Source: Podarcis cretensis
Taxonomy: Eukaryota
DNA length: 64,000 nucleotides
NCBI GenBank assembly: GCA_951804945.1
Contig: OX638155.1
Span: forward strand, 43,710,001-43,774,000
Direction of reading: 5' to 3'
A program made the position numbers and the translations under genes. This document shows, in pieces, positions 34,072-47,210 of this stretch. Positions within the stretch are counted from its first letter, which is position 1. Every line of letters begins with the position of its first letter. The notes under the pieces were generated by a model. It made no database searches. It had not been told where the DNA came from and worked only from the letters and a program-made list of their open reading frames with translations.

Positions 34072-35930
34072 TCAGAATTGTAGAATTTGAAGGGACCCCA
34101 AGGGTCATCTAGTTCAGGAATATCAACTAAATCATACATGGCATATGGCTGCCCAACATCTACTTTAAAACCTCCAATATCCTCCTTAAATTGTGGTCCT
34201 CAGAACTGGGCACAATACTCCAGGTGTGGCCTGACCAAGGCAGAATAGAGCAGTACTTACTTCCCTTGATTTGCTCCTGCATAGCACTGATGAGTCATGT
34301 TAAGCTTGGGGGGGTCCTTTCCACACGTACTATTGACAAACCAGATGTCCCCCATCTTATAATTGTGCAGTTATTCATGCCTAAGTATAGAACCTTACAA
34401 TTGTCCTTACTGAAATCCGTTTAGGCCGTTTTCCAATCTTGTTAAGGTCATCTTGAATCCCGATTCCAATGGCCCCGAATACTTTCATCCAAGTCATTTA
34501 TAAAGATGTTGAAAAACAGGCCCAGGACAGAACCCTGTGGCATCCCATTTGTCACGTCTTTTCAGGATGACAAGAAACCATTAGTGAGTACTCTTTTGGT
34601 TTGGGCAGTCAACAAGCTGCAAATACACCTAACAGTTACCTCTTCCAGTCCACATTTTGCCAGCTTCTCTGCAAGAATATGAGGGACTTTTGTCAAAAGC
34701 CTTACTGAAATCAAGATACACTATGTCCACAGCATTCCCCTGATCTACCATGCTTGTTAAAAAATGACTCTTCTGGCATGACTTGCTTTTGAGATACACA
34801 TGCTGGGTCTTTGTAATCAAAGCATCTTTTAATTATCTGTTCTAGGGCATTTCCTGGTAAAATGTTAAGCTGACTGGTCAATAGTAACCTGGGTCTTCTC
34901 CCCACCCTTTTGAAGATGGGGACATTTGCCTGCCTGGAGAACAGGTGAAATATTTCTGCCTTCTGCAAAGACTTCATCTGTTCTCCAAGAATTCTCAAAG
35001 ATTATAGGCACAGGCTCTGATATCAAATGTGCAAGCTCCTTTACTAGTCTTGGGTGCAGCTCATCAGGCCCTGGAGATTTGAACTCCTTACCACCTGGTT
35101 TACTATGTTGAGCTGCAGCTCCCTCCTTGCATTGTTTGTTATGCTTTCATCAGGTTAGGCACTGGCTTTCCTTTTGGGTGAAGGCAGAGGAAAATAGGTG
35201 TTGATCAGTTCCGCCTTCTGTCACCCAATAGCATTTCTCTATCTTCTCCACGCAAGAGATCTACTACTTGCTTGTTCTTCCTCTTGCTTCAAACACAACC
35301 AAAGAAACTTATTATTATTTTAAACCTCTCTTGCAAGCCTGAGTTCATTCTGAGCTTTGGCCTGCCTGACCTTCTCCCTGCAACTGTATACTCTTCCTTC
35401 CTGATTTCTCCTTCCTTCCTTTTCTTATACATTCCCTTCTTACACATCAGCTCATCTGTAAGCTCCTTATGCAGCCACACCCGTTTAGGTGCCTCCCACT
35501 TTTCTTGTTGCAAATTGTCTGCATTTGTGCCTTCAATATTTCACCTTTAAGAATCACGTACTGGGCTCCATTCTCTTCTGAGTATTTCTGACCACAGTAG
35601 TTCCTTAAGATTTTTGAAATCAGCCATCTTAAAGTCCAGAATGCATGTCGGACTACACTCGGTTTTCTCTTGCCTCTGAGGACATGAGCAGTTCCTCCCA
35701 AGGTTCCCTGTACTTTCACTTCGTTGATCAGTTCCTCCCTGTTGGTTAGTACCAAGTCCCCTTGCTGCTGCTTCCACTTTCTGGGAAGTGAGGGAAGTGA
35801 AGAATTTGTTGGATGTTACATTATTAGCAGAGTTTGAGTTCCAACAGATACTGAAATAGGTGGAAGTCTCCCGTGACTATACCACTTCTTTTCAAGTTTG
35901 GTAAAGTGCTCTAGGAAGGCACCATCCAGG
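34072..35930 (-). mobile_element. Degraded, internally deleted CR1 LINE between the APCDD1 and VAPA 3' ends
   Basis: CR1-type 3' end on the minus strand (gaactagatgacccttggggtcccttcaaattctacaattctg). RT motif VDIVYLDFSKAFDK in ORF 34629-34820, LVLTNREELINEVKVQGTLG in ORF 35447-35755, and SPGPD-like/ANVPIFK segments. Confidence 0.88.
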
Positions 35931-36752
35931 TTTGAAGGCATGTTTGATTGGGAAGTTGGAACAGAGTAGAGCTGGGAGCAAGTTTGAGATTTTAAGGTGG
36001 TTGTATATTTGCATAAAACCAAGGGTGTGTGTTTTTTAAAAAGATATTTTATTTTTGTAACATTAAAAAACTATTTTTTCTTCCCAGTTTTCTTCTCTAG
36101 TTTAAAGTGCCAGGGAAGTTTCAGTACTTGTTGAAAATGTGATTAAATAAAGAGTAAATGAAACCAAAATTCTTGGAAGTCTTCTCAGTAGTTTTTTCTG
36201 TATTCAATAGTTGTATCCACCAAGCTGAAGAATTTTAACTATAAGCTCTTCCTGTGTCCATGTGCACAAAGTTTATATTTTATATTGAGTAACTATTATC
36301 TACAGCTGCATATCAGGCCATATAAAGTTAAATATAAATCTTGTTTGATAGCAAGTAGCAATTTAATATGAGTTAAATGGTTCATACACCATTAAGCTTA
36401 TATATTATAAACATATAGCTGGGGGGTAAGCATTCATTCTTTTTCTGAGAGATTTTTTCCCCAAAATCTCCAAACTGATCTTTAATTTCCCTTGGCATCA
36501 ACAATCAAAGACAATCCTGCCATGTAAGCTTTCATCCCTAACTAAATGGAGCCCAATACTTTTAAAAAGCTTCCCTTCAACATCAGTAATCACAAGTATT
36601 TCACTTGGTTTCTGAAAATCTGAAGCCACATTAGTTATGGGTCACACAGTGCAGCAAGTTGTAGGCACACAGAGAAAAAGTTTTCCCGCATTTACACCAT
36701 TCAGCAACTACTGCGCAAACCCCTAAACTGTCCATAGTGGTTTAATCAAGTA

Positions 36753-36936
36753 CAGACATGCCTTGGGTAACAGACGCTTCAGGTTGCGTTTCTTTGGAAG
36801 TACCTAAATCATGCTTTGCGCAGAAGCGCCAAATCGCAACCCGCGCACGTGCAGACGCGCCACTGCAGGTTTCGAACGCTGTGGGTTGCGAACGTGCATC
36901 CCGCACGGATCACGTTCACAACCCGAGCGCCCACTG
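36753..36936. mobile_element. Degenerate Tc1/mariner-type MITE
   Basis: TA-CAG...CACTG-TA ends; CpG-rich island in AT-rich DNA with repeated ggttgcg/cgcaacc motifs. The left TIR is diverged. Confidence 0.6.
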
Positions 36937-39900
36937 TAATGAACATACTTACCCATTACTTAATGCTTACACATTTATTTGCATTTTTAAGTTAACCCTT
37001 CTCAAGTCATCAGGGCAGATAATAGAAGCAAATTTTAGAAATGCAAATATAGTATGCATTTGCCTAAAATAGTTGGGATGTGGGAGACAAGCACAAGTCC
37101 CTGTTAAGAATCCAAAACCGCTCACAAAAATTAATTCAGATTGGAGGTTGCTGAAAGGCCTGCAATAAACATGATGTATAATAAAACATTGCCACCTAGT
37201 GGTAACATCTTGTCTCAACTCTGAAGAAGACTTCAAAAGTTAAGAGCTCTTTGGCCGCAAACACAAATGGAGAATAGTTATTTTTTGGGGATGGGGTATG
37301 AAACCCTGCTCCATGGAAAAAGTCAAGCAGGTTTTATGAGACTAAGGAACTACTATTTCAATATTAAGTCTCTCAAACATTGTTATAAGCTAGCTAGTTC
37401 TGAGATGTTCTGTTTAAAACTGATTGCAAATAGAAAACTCTGCTGCTGTGGGGGGATCACATTTTGAAGAAATCAAGTGAATTAGGTATTCTCATGTTCT
37501 TTTCAAAACCTCATAATAAAAGTACATCTATTGTTTACCTTTGTACATGTTCTCTTTCTCATAAAAACTTTTAATTCAGGAATGCAATGCAACGCAAAGT
37601 GGGTTAAGATAAGAATGCTATGAACAATTAAATTACATCTGAAAATGTGGGATATACTTTAACGTTTCATGTAATCTACATCCTAGTCAAGCAGTATTAA
37701 CTTTTTAAACTAGCCATTCTGGTACAGTGTAAAAGAGAATTAAAGTAACTTCTATCAACTCTTTCAAGCTGGCATACATATATACAAACTTCAGCAATTA
37801 GGAAAATTTCCAGGTCTCGGAAAGAATAGCTAATCAACAGCACTTTCTGCTTTCCAACTTTCAATTAAGGGAACCCAAAACAGTTCTTGGCAGTGTAGAT
37901 GACTAACACAGACATTCTGACGTCTTCTCATCTGCACTGAAACTACTTTCAAAGCCAACACTTTCAGTGATTTAAACCAAAACAGAACACACAATAAAAA
38001 GTTAAAGTAATTCAATTGCCTAGCATTAAAATGTAATTCAGCTCTTGAGTGTATCAACAAGTCTTGAAAGCCAGAATACAGTTTCGTAATTGCTCCGTTG
38101 ACTCCCATAAATGCTTTTCATAAGCCACTTTGCTACCAACACTTGAAAGGTTTGGAGCTTAACGTCAAGGACAGCATGTTGATGGTGCCCTGAACTTTCA
38201 GAAAAATGGTCTGCAAACCAATAGCATGCTTAAATAAAGTACTTTTTTCCATTACAGAGTAGAAACAGTTTGTTATATTCAGAACTTAATTACGGTGATG
38301 GAAAGCCAAGTCAAGAAGCAGTTGATAATTTTAATGATAATTTCACTGCTTTGGGTCGGGTGATTCACACAGCCAAATTTATCATATAATCCAACTAATG
38401 AAGCTTTTTATGTATCACAAATAAAACTTATACTATGAAAACAACTATTGTTGATAAGGGTCCCTCCAACAGGGCCTCAGTACTATGCAGAACTGCCTAT
38501 ATTAGTTCATTTCATTTAATCCAGTGATCCTAAGAGAGTACAGTAGAGAGAAGAGCCAATTTCAGCAGCTGTCAGACCAAATATCAAATATAAAAAGCAC
38601 TTTTCAGTGGAATGTAGTGTTGGCATATTCGTGGCTCTACCACTAAGCTTCTGCATTATCTTGTACAATTTTCTAAGTCGAAGCCTTAAATTTCAATACC
38701 TTTCCTGCTGTTTTCCCTATGTTCAAGGTGCGTTACAACACTTAGAAGAGTACGAGCCCATACTTTAAGAAAATCCTTAGTCTCAAGAGTGAGACTAGCA
38801 GATAGATTGTGTGGTCAAGGGAATGCATGCACACAATTTGCAGTGCTGAAGTACCCAGCAGATAGCATTCCTGGGCAACTAGCAAACAGCAGGCAGAAGG
38901 AGCTGAATCTGGGTTAACCACATTACGCTGGCTATTGAAGACCACTTTTATTTGAAGTATAACAATTTCCTCCCTCAGCAATTTCATGGGTCAACTTCAA
39001 ACAACCTACTTAGATATGCTGCATTAAAAATCAAAACTATTATGAACAAGGGGCCTAAGAATATATAGGGCCATGATGGGATCCAAAGTATATTTTAGTT
39101 TACAAATTGAAAGTTTAAAAATATGCAAATGAATATAAACAAAGTAAGCATTCTTCAGTTTACATTATTTGTCCTTATGTCAAGATTTCAATTTCCAAGC
39201 CCAACAAACAGCAGGTGGCAGCAAAGCAGACTAATAAGGTGGTAGAAGTGCAAAAGAGAAAATCCCAACTCAGGTCTCATCCCAAATAGAAAATCCAAAA
39301 TATCTATCAAAGCATTTGTGCCTATTAACCTGGTTATCCTAACCTCTCCCTTTCCCCCTCCTTTGTTCCCCCAACTGTAGCAGCTGTGATAAAATATTAA
39401 TATTCTCATTAATAACTACCTGGATTTGGTAGTTCCAAATCCACCATTAATATAGATTTTTCATATTACTGGTACCCAAGACACCTGATATATGTAATAC
39501 TTGATGCATCTGAATTCCACCAAATACAAAGAAATTACTTCCATTGTTTATGAACAAGTAGACATCCATATCTCAGGTAAGCAAACTGTTCAGTGTCCCT
39601 ATTTGACGCTTAAGACAAAAATCAACCACTAACGTCAATTTTCTCTCCATGGCTAAGATTTCTGAAGTTCAGAGTTTATGCTAACATAACCTTAAAGGCA
39701 AAATATTTTATGAGAATGTTTACTAGTAAAAATACTTTTATGTGAGCATGTTGAATTTGTAATCATTATGTCCCTTGTAGAAAAAGTTTCACTGATTTGG
39801 GGATATTAACTCAATTGTCTGAAAACATTTTGTGATAACCATAAACTAAAATATAGTGAACAGGTTTTTCTCCTTGGGGGGGGGGGGCAATCTATACACT

Positions 39901-40085
39901 ATGATGGACGGCAACTTCCATCAAAGCCTTTCTTGTGTAAGAAATAAAACTATTAGAAAACAAACATTCTTGAAAGACACCACCTATTCATCTTACACAC
40001 TTACAATATTAGGTACCAGCCCAGAATTTTTGCAGCAAGGTATCATTTGATAACCACCTGAGAAATTGCTAATATAACCAGGGTC

Positions 40086-40086
<1 letters not shown>

Positions 40087-40128
<42 letters not shown>

Positions 40129-40491
40129 TTATTATTTATAGCCCGCTCATCTGGCTGGGTTTCCTCAGCCACTCTGGGCAGCTTCCAACAGAATATTAAA
40201 CAGAATAAAACTTCAAACATTTAAAACTTCCCTAAACAGAGCTGCCTTCAGATGTCTTCGAAAAGTCAGATTGTTGTTTATTTCCTTGACATCTGATGGG
40301 AGGGCGTTCCACAGGGTGGGTGCTACTACCAAGAAGGCCCTCTGCTTAGTTCCCTGTAACTTGGCTTCTCGCAGCAAGGGAACCGCCAGAAGGCCCTCGG
40401 CACTGGACCTCAGTGTCCAGGCTGAGCAATGGAGGTGGAGACACTCCTTCAGGTATATTGGGCTGAGGCCGTTTAGGGCTTTAAAGGTCAG
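40087..40491 (-). mobile_element. L2-clade LINE 3' fragment with (TAA)n tail
   Basis: Highly similar to 8568-8895 (gccactctgggcagcttccaacag, ctgccttcagatgtctt, gaaggccctctgct). (TTA)n at 40087-40127. Confidence 0.8.
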
Positions 40492-43084
40492 TAATTCATC
40501 CTACAGGCAACGTTGTAGGAACAGTATGCGTGCACATCCTCAACCACCCATTCCAAAATTACTTGAAACTACCAGCCTTCTCCCAGCATGCTTAGAAACA
40601 AAAAAAATAACACCAAAAGAAAATGTGCAATGATTTCTCCATGCACAAATATAAAAACATTTCTCCAAACTAGATGTATTTGCTGAACATGCGAACAGAT
40701 TTTAAAGAGTTGGCCTGATTCTTCAGACCAGGTATTAATAGTCCAAAGCAGCAACTATGAAGTTTTATCATAATCCTATTGTGCACAATACCACCAATCT
40801 TAAGGCTTAGTTGGAAAGACTTCAACACCTTTACAAATTTTCAAAATAATTCATTTTTTACAATTAAACTAATAGCACCCACTTAAAGTATTGGGCTGCG
40901 GTAGTGTATCAGTCAACATTTAGACAACAAAGATATGTGCATTGGAATGTACACCTCAAACTTCATTTAATATTATGTTATCAGAGGCTTCCTTTTTAAA
41001 CTGATTAAACAGAGCTTCAACAATGCTTCTCTGCCACTTTATACTTACTGAGCAAAAGAAGGATACATAGTTTATTATCTGTTCATTCATCTGCTTCTTT
41101 TAGGCTGCCTATATAATTTGAAATACACAATGTTTTCTATCATAATTTGTATTCGGCTGTAATGTACACTAAGACATGTTACAAAGGCTTATGACTATCC
41201 AGGCTGCAGGATCAAGTAATTCACAACATACATGAAATCTAATGTTAAGGGGACAGAAGGTTCTCACACACACAGTTTTTTGACGCTTATTAGTAACAGG
41301 GACAGATTTTCCTCACATTTATGTACACAAGCAAGCAGGCAAAGTTCTAACCATTTCAGGAACAGACAATTTAATCCGTGTTACATAATTTCACTGAATA
41401 CAGTTGATATCATCCAAAATCACTCCTGAGAGCAAAAAAATAGTTTAGCATTACATTTTATATACAATTATGAAAGGATTATCAGAAACCAGAGGCGCAT
41501 CCATTTAAGGAGCACCGCACTTTACGTATACTGGACATGACGCCCAAATGCACCTTGACTTGTTCAATAATAGTTCTCTTTAAAACATATAATCCAACTA
41601 CATGGACCAACAGGCTCTCACTACTTAATTTATCACTTATTCAATATTTATGATAATCAGATGGTAGTCTCTGGATCGTCATTATTTTCTGACATCAGGA
41701 TACTTCTCAATATTAAGCTTCTAAATTCAGTTTGCCTTTGATGAATTATTCTCTAATCTCTAACCCTAAAATGTGTAGCTATTACTACAAACCTTTGTAT
41801 ACACTCCTTTAACAGTAAATGTAACTTTTAAATTTTCTCCTTCCCTATAGAAATATCCAAATGCATCCAGAAGTTACAGCCTGTACATTAGCCCCCCCTC
41901 CCCCTGTAATCTTCCAATGGTCAAGTTCCTTTAAGGAATAAATGATTTCTTCTGACGTACCATTTATACACCACAGTATGGAGAGTCTTATGGTTTCAGA
42001 ACTGATGAAATGAGAATCAGACTTGAGCATACTTTTTCCAGTCACCATGGTCAGAGAAGACTTGAATGCAGATACCAGAACACATAAAAAGAAAACGTCT
42101 GTATTTGCATGCTTTTAAAGTGAAACATCATGCAATGGTTTGATCATCTTCTTCTTTGCAAATTGCATGTGTTATAAAAGTTTGCCAGAGACAGCAGTGA
42201 CAGTACATGATGTATATTTTCCAATAAAAAAGCACTAGAAATCAAAGGCAACCAATATGTATATTTTTGCTAGAACATTTCTCAGCTACATAAGATCGAA
42301 CAGTTAGCTGCATCCATATCCAAGAATATACAAAATTCTGCCTACAGGAATAAGCCTTTCAAGAATGTCAGTTCTGAAATAACTCCCTATGGTAGCTAAC
42401 AGTTAAAAATAGCTAAGTATTGTGCTTTCAAAATTATCTACTTAATGACATAGAGATCAGAAATGAAACAAGCCACGAGGTTAAGTGAGGAGAAGCAGTT
42501 CAGACCCAACAAAATAAACTTTCTAGAACATAGAAGGTATGCATAGCTAATGGGCAAGTGTGCCAAGACATATTTGCTGGACGAAACTTTATTTACCTTT
42601 CATATAACTAAACGATAAAAGATTGCTCAGCTGGAATCAACCTAAGGTACTTAAGGAAAAATTATTTGGAAAGGTCACACAGAATGTATTTCCAGAAAAC
42701 ATCTGGACTAGTCAGCCTGAATGTAAAATTATTGATCATTAAAGGACTACTGGGGACTCCAGATAAGGGAGCATCAATAAATCAACAGAAATATACCTAT
42801 TTGATACCTGCAAAGTCCATCACTATTTTAAAAGACAAGTTTAAAATACCTGCCTCTCATAATTAGTCCCATGTCCCAAAACAGAACTAATTCTAACCCT
42901 TCATTTTGCTTAAAAAGCCAGAAACCTTTTCTGCCGCTGTTAAATAGTATGGAAACAGCTATGTTTCTTCCAAAGCTTCGCTGGCACCAGTTCAAGCCAC
43001 AGCTAGTGAACTGAACATTCATCTGTGACAAGGTTATGTGTAAAACTTGAAGGAAAACTTTTCTCAGAGTGGAATTCACAGAAA

Positions 43085-43710
43085 CAAGCTACCCAGCATA
43101 AAGTATGTTAACAGTTTTATTTTTTTGTATGTTAAATACCATGGGACAGGGCTGTAAGGATGAAAACTTTAACAACTGCCTCACAAGGGGTAAGAAATTC
43201 TGCCATGATATTAGCAAAGTAAGGTAAAGGATAAAATTTACACACTAAGAGGAATCATTTCCCCGCAGAATGCCTCATCATATTCCTGAACAAGTGGGAT
43301 TAACATTCTAATAATCATTTTCCAAGAGGCAAGAGCAACAGATAATTTTTTTAAAGGATTATTAAAATAACATTTACAAGACTCTGAACAATTTTTGAAC
43401 TCTTATTAAAACCACAGAAAGAAAGAACAATTCTTTATTTATGTATGACTTTTCATAAAGGACTGAATGTGCAACTGACACCTGCTATTGATGAATTAAT
43501 ATACAATTTGTCCAGCAGCCGACCAGTTTGTCTTTTTATTGTGTTGTCTAACCGTGCAAGATCATTAGAGGCAAAGCCTGTATGATGCTGTACACAATAA
43601 TGGTCACTTGGGGCCATACTACCAATGAAGTGGTAGGTAAATACATTTTTTTCTGGCCAAGAAAAAAAAGGAAGCTGCATTCTGCATGCTTCTCTCTCTT
43701 TTTCCCCTCT
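43085..43710 (-). promoter_or_regulatory. VAPA: VAPA proximal 3' UTR with three AATAAA signals
   Basis: Minus-strand AATAAA at 43535-43540, 43434-43439 and 43116-43121; the last is followed by a GU-rich stretch (tagcttgtttctgtg). Confidence 0.7.
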
Positions 43711-43866
43711 CTACAAGATGAATTTCCCTAAAAAGAATCCAATGAAAATGGCTGCAATTACAACAAGAAGTGAGGGAAGAGGATTGGAGACATTATCTCG
43801 GAGAGCCAAGCCTGATGTTCCAGGTTTATCCAAGTGTGCCACCTTTCTCAGCCTCAAACCTTCATC
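43711..43866 (-). CDS. VAPA: VAPA last coding exon (tail-anchor transmembrane helix, stop TAG)
   Basis: [51 protein letters not shown], with GxxxG (GFFLG). Acceptor gttttcag. Confidence 0.97.
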   Translation of the reverse strand, partial: DEGLRLRKVAHLDKPGTSGLALRDNVSNPLPSLLVVIAAIFIGFFLGKFIL

Positions 43867-45629
43867 CTGAAAACACATGGGGAAAATAATCAATCAAAAA
43901 TCATAAAAGAGATTGTTTCAGATATGAATTTAACCAAAACATTTTAAAACGTAAGACAGGTTTAGATGAGATACAAATTTATTTGTGTGTGTGTGTGCAC
44001 ACTATCTGACTTTAAAAGATGTCAAAATGTAGCACAAAATAAAACGTAGCATGTTGTGTATAAATTAGTAACAAGAGCAAAATATATTAATCCTTCTACT
44101 TATTTACTATCAATAATAGCCTGTTTAGAAAACCAGGGAAACAAAAGACCCAACTATTTGAACTGTTCCACTGATGATGGTAATTTATCCCAGAACACCA
44201 CTATTAGCTCAGGATTGCAAATTAATCAAACAGCATAACACTGCACCTTCTAGATTTTCAGTGACCACAAGATTTGTATGGCTTTGTGTAATGCTCAGAA
44301 ATGAAACGTAAAGACCAGCAAAAACAAACAAACAAACAACACCAAGGGAAAGCTTACACTGCCTTGGATGCAAGGAAGTGTAAAAGCTGAAAACTGGGGC
44401 AAATCCTATCTCTCCTTTACCCTCAACCCCCTGTTCAACAACTGACTTTATTTAGAACAGTCCCCTGATTCTTGGGAGAGGCCAAACCCCTTCTGTCAGT
44501 GGAAGCGACTGACTATGATTATTAGTCAGGCTGTTATAGTATTATTTCAAGGGTGGGTTGGTTTTAAATCAAGGAGATTTTAAAATTACCAAGAAAAAAG
44601 GATCAATTTAAGTAACTGAAAACTGATCCCCTTTAGGAATAATAAAAATACACTCAAATATCTTAAAACAAATAAAAAGACATGTTCACAACTAATTATT
44701 ATTCCTATGTTGTGCCATCAGTACATGGTACTTTGCAGAACAGAATAAATCAGATAGGTCCCTGACCCCAAGGGGCTTCCCATTTAAGATGGGGCAGTGA
44801 GTGGGGGAAGCTACAGGGACAGGCAGAGAATGCCAAGGGTAGGGAAGAAAGAACGTGGGCAGATATTTTATAGGCCGTGTTGGAAGTGATGCATAAGGAG
44901 CAGCAAGAAAAAATAGTCAGTCATGTAACAGAGGAAGAGACCTTCAGTCAACTGTGATAAAAGCCAAGAGAACTGATGTCACGGGCAAGGACGTAATGAG
45001 AAACAAGGACTAAAAGAGTGAGACAAGGCTGCAGACAAAGAGCTAGGAGCATAATCCAAAATTTTAAATCATGCATACCACATACATTTTACACTGTGCA
45101 TAATTATATATGCCTAAAGATAAGGGACAGGTTTCTGTTTGGCTGTTTGGGTCTCTGTAGAAATGCAAGCATACTAATCAAGAACACTTACTTGAAGGCT
45201 AACAGCTGCACTACTACAAATGTTTTTCTAGAAATTAAGCTCTACTGAATTTGGACTTACTTCTGATTAAAACTTCATATATCAGGCTGTAAATAAACTG
45301 AAACTTTCTAGGAGCAAAGCTAATAGTTACTAGGCAAAGAAGACTGTTTGGAATCCCAGAGCTTTGTGCATGAGCAGAAAGAACTTCTACTCGCACATGG
45401 TATATGAGGTTGGTGATTCCAGCTGCGGAACTGCAACTCTTGGACGGAAATCATACACTTTCAGGTACTTGGATCCTCTATAGTACCTTGGGGTGGGAGT
45501 GGCTCTTTTGAGAAGGGGGAGTGAGAAATCATCTACATACACATGGAATACTGCAAATTGGATCCAAGTCCGTGTTGGTCCATAAGATGCAGAATAAGTG
45601 TTATGTTCTTTTGTTTATAGTCATAAATA

Positions 45630-45977
45630 GGTAAAGGGACCCCTGATCATTAGGTCCAGTCGTGACCGACTCTGGGGTTGCGGCGCTCATCTCGCTTTAT
45701 TGGCCAAGGGAGTCGGCGTACAGCTTCTAGGTCATGTGGTCAGCATGACTAAGCCGCTTCTGGTGAAACAGAGCAGCGCACGGAAACGCTGTTTCCCTTC
45801 CCGCCAGAGCGGTACCTATTTATCTACTTGCACTTTGACGTGCTTTCGAACTGCTAGGTTGGCAGGAGCAGGGACCGAGCAACGGGAGCTCACCCCGTCA
45901 CGGGGATTCGAACCGCTGACCTTCTGATCGGCAAGTCCTAGGCTCTGTGGTTTAACCCACAGCGCCACCCACGTCCC
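45630..45977 (-). mobile_element. Sauria SINE, full length, in last VAPA intron
   Basis: ggtaaagggacccctga...cagcgccacccacgtccc. TSD ta(g/t)tcataaata at 45618-45629 and 45978-45989. Confidence 0.93.
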
Positions 45978-46184
45978 TATTCATAAATATTCATGATTTA
46001 AAAGTGGGTGATCCTTCACTCCTATTTTATACCCTCCAGCTACCTCTTCTCTGCAAAGTGTGTAGTTTTCACAGACACTAGAATACAGGACATACTCTTG
46101 ATGACAATTACAGGATGACATCTCTTGGATTCAAACCAAGAGAACCTCACAGTAAACTCACATATAAAGGAAAATACTTTCATA

Positions 46185-46455
46185 GAAAAGAAAGTACTTC
46201 TTCACATAGCACAGTTAAACTATGGAACTTGTTCCCACACGATGGAATGCCAGTGATAGTCACCAACCTGGGTGACTTTAAAAGAGGATTGAACAAATTC
46301 ATGGGTCTGTCAATGGCTGCTAGCTAAGACAGCTATATACTGCCTCAGCAGTTGGAAGCAGTATGTTTTTGAATAAGAAGCTAGAAACTACAGGAGGGGA
46401 GAGTGCTCTTGTCCTTGAGTCCTGCTTGTCGGTTTCCCACAGGCATCTAGGTGAC
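46185..46455 (+). mobile_element. CR1-like 3' fragment
   Basis: ttcttcacatagcacagttaaactatggaac...gactttaaaagaggattgaacaaattcatgg = VKLWN.FP...FKRGLNKFM, followed by a CR1-type 3' UTR. Confidence 0.65.
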
Positions 46456-47033
46456 CCAGGCAGGATCTTAGAGTGTAAATCCTAGTTTAAAATGTGAACT
46501 AAGTTTTAAGAATAATTTTATTTTCATCAACAAATCTGATTAGTCAGATTCTGGTTTGATATTCTGGTCTGGAGGTAGTGCTTAACAACAGGCACATGAA
46601 CAGAGAAGGCTTGGTGCTAACATGACTATCAGTTAAGAAAAGTCGCTTAAGTTGAAACCAGCGTCAAATTATTTTACTGTGCGTTATTAAGAAATTAAAC
46701 TTTATCTCTGACATTAAAAATTTGAAGAATTAAAAATAATCTGGCTGGGAAATTTGCTGTAGGTTTGCTAAATCCTGTGGGTGACATCCTTTCCTCCCCC
46801 CTGCAGTTCCTTACGCTCCCCCAAAATCTGCTCAAGTGTGAGGTGGGTGGGGAGGAGAGCCCTGTGAAATCCCATCATGTCTGCTACTGTGATGTTGCCT
46901 ATTGCCTACCAATTCTTTGTTCTTGGAAGAAAATGATATGGGATGTATAATAAGGGTACTATGATAAATACTTCCGTTTAAACAGGGTGGTCTTTTAAAA
47001 ACAACTTTCATGAATCTGCTCTTATGAACTTAC

Positions 47034-47210
47034 TCTCAGATGTCTGTTTTCCTCTGATAGTTTCACCACATCCGCCTGAAGTCTTTTGCATTCTTCCACT
47101 AGCTTCCTTGTTTCGGTGTCATTAAGCGAAACACTGTGTGGTTTTGGCATTGGACCATCCTGCTTAGCTGTATTCAGTATTGGAGCAGATTTGCTTGCAT
47201 CTATGTCATT
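47034..47210 (-). CDS. VAPA: VAPA coiled-coil exon
   Basis: [59 protein letters not shown]. Acceptor atttgcag, donor AGA|GTAAGT. 177 bp, phase 0/0. Confidence 0.96.
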
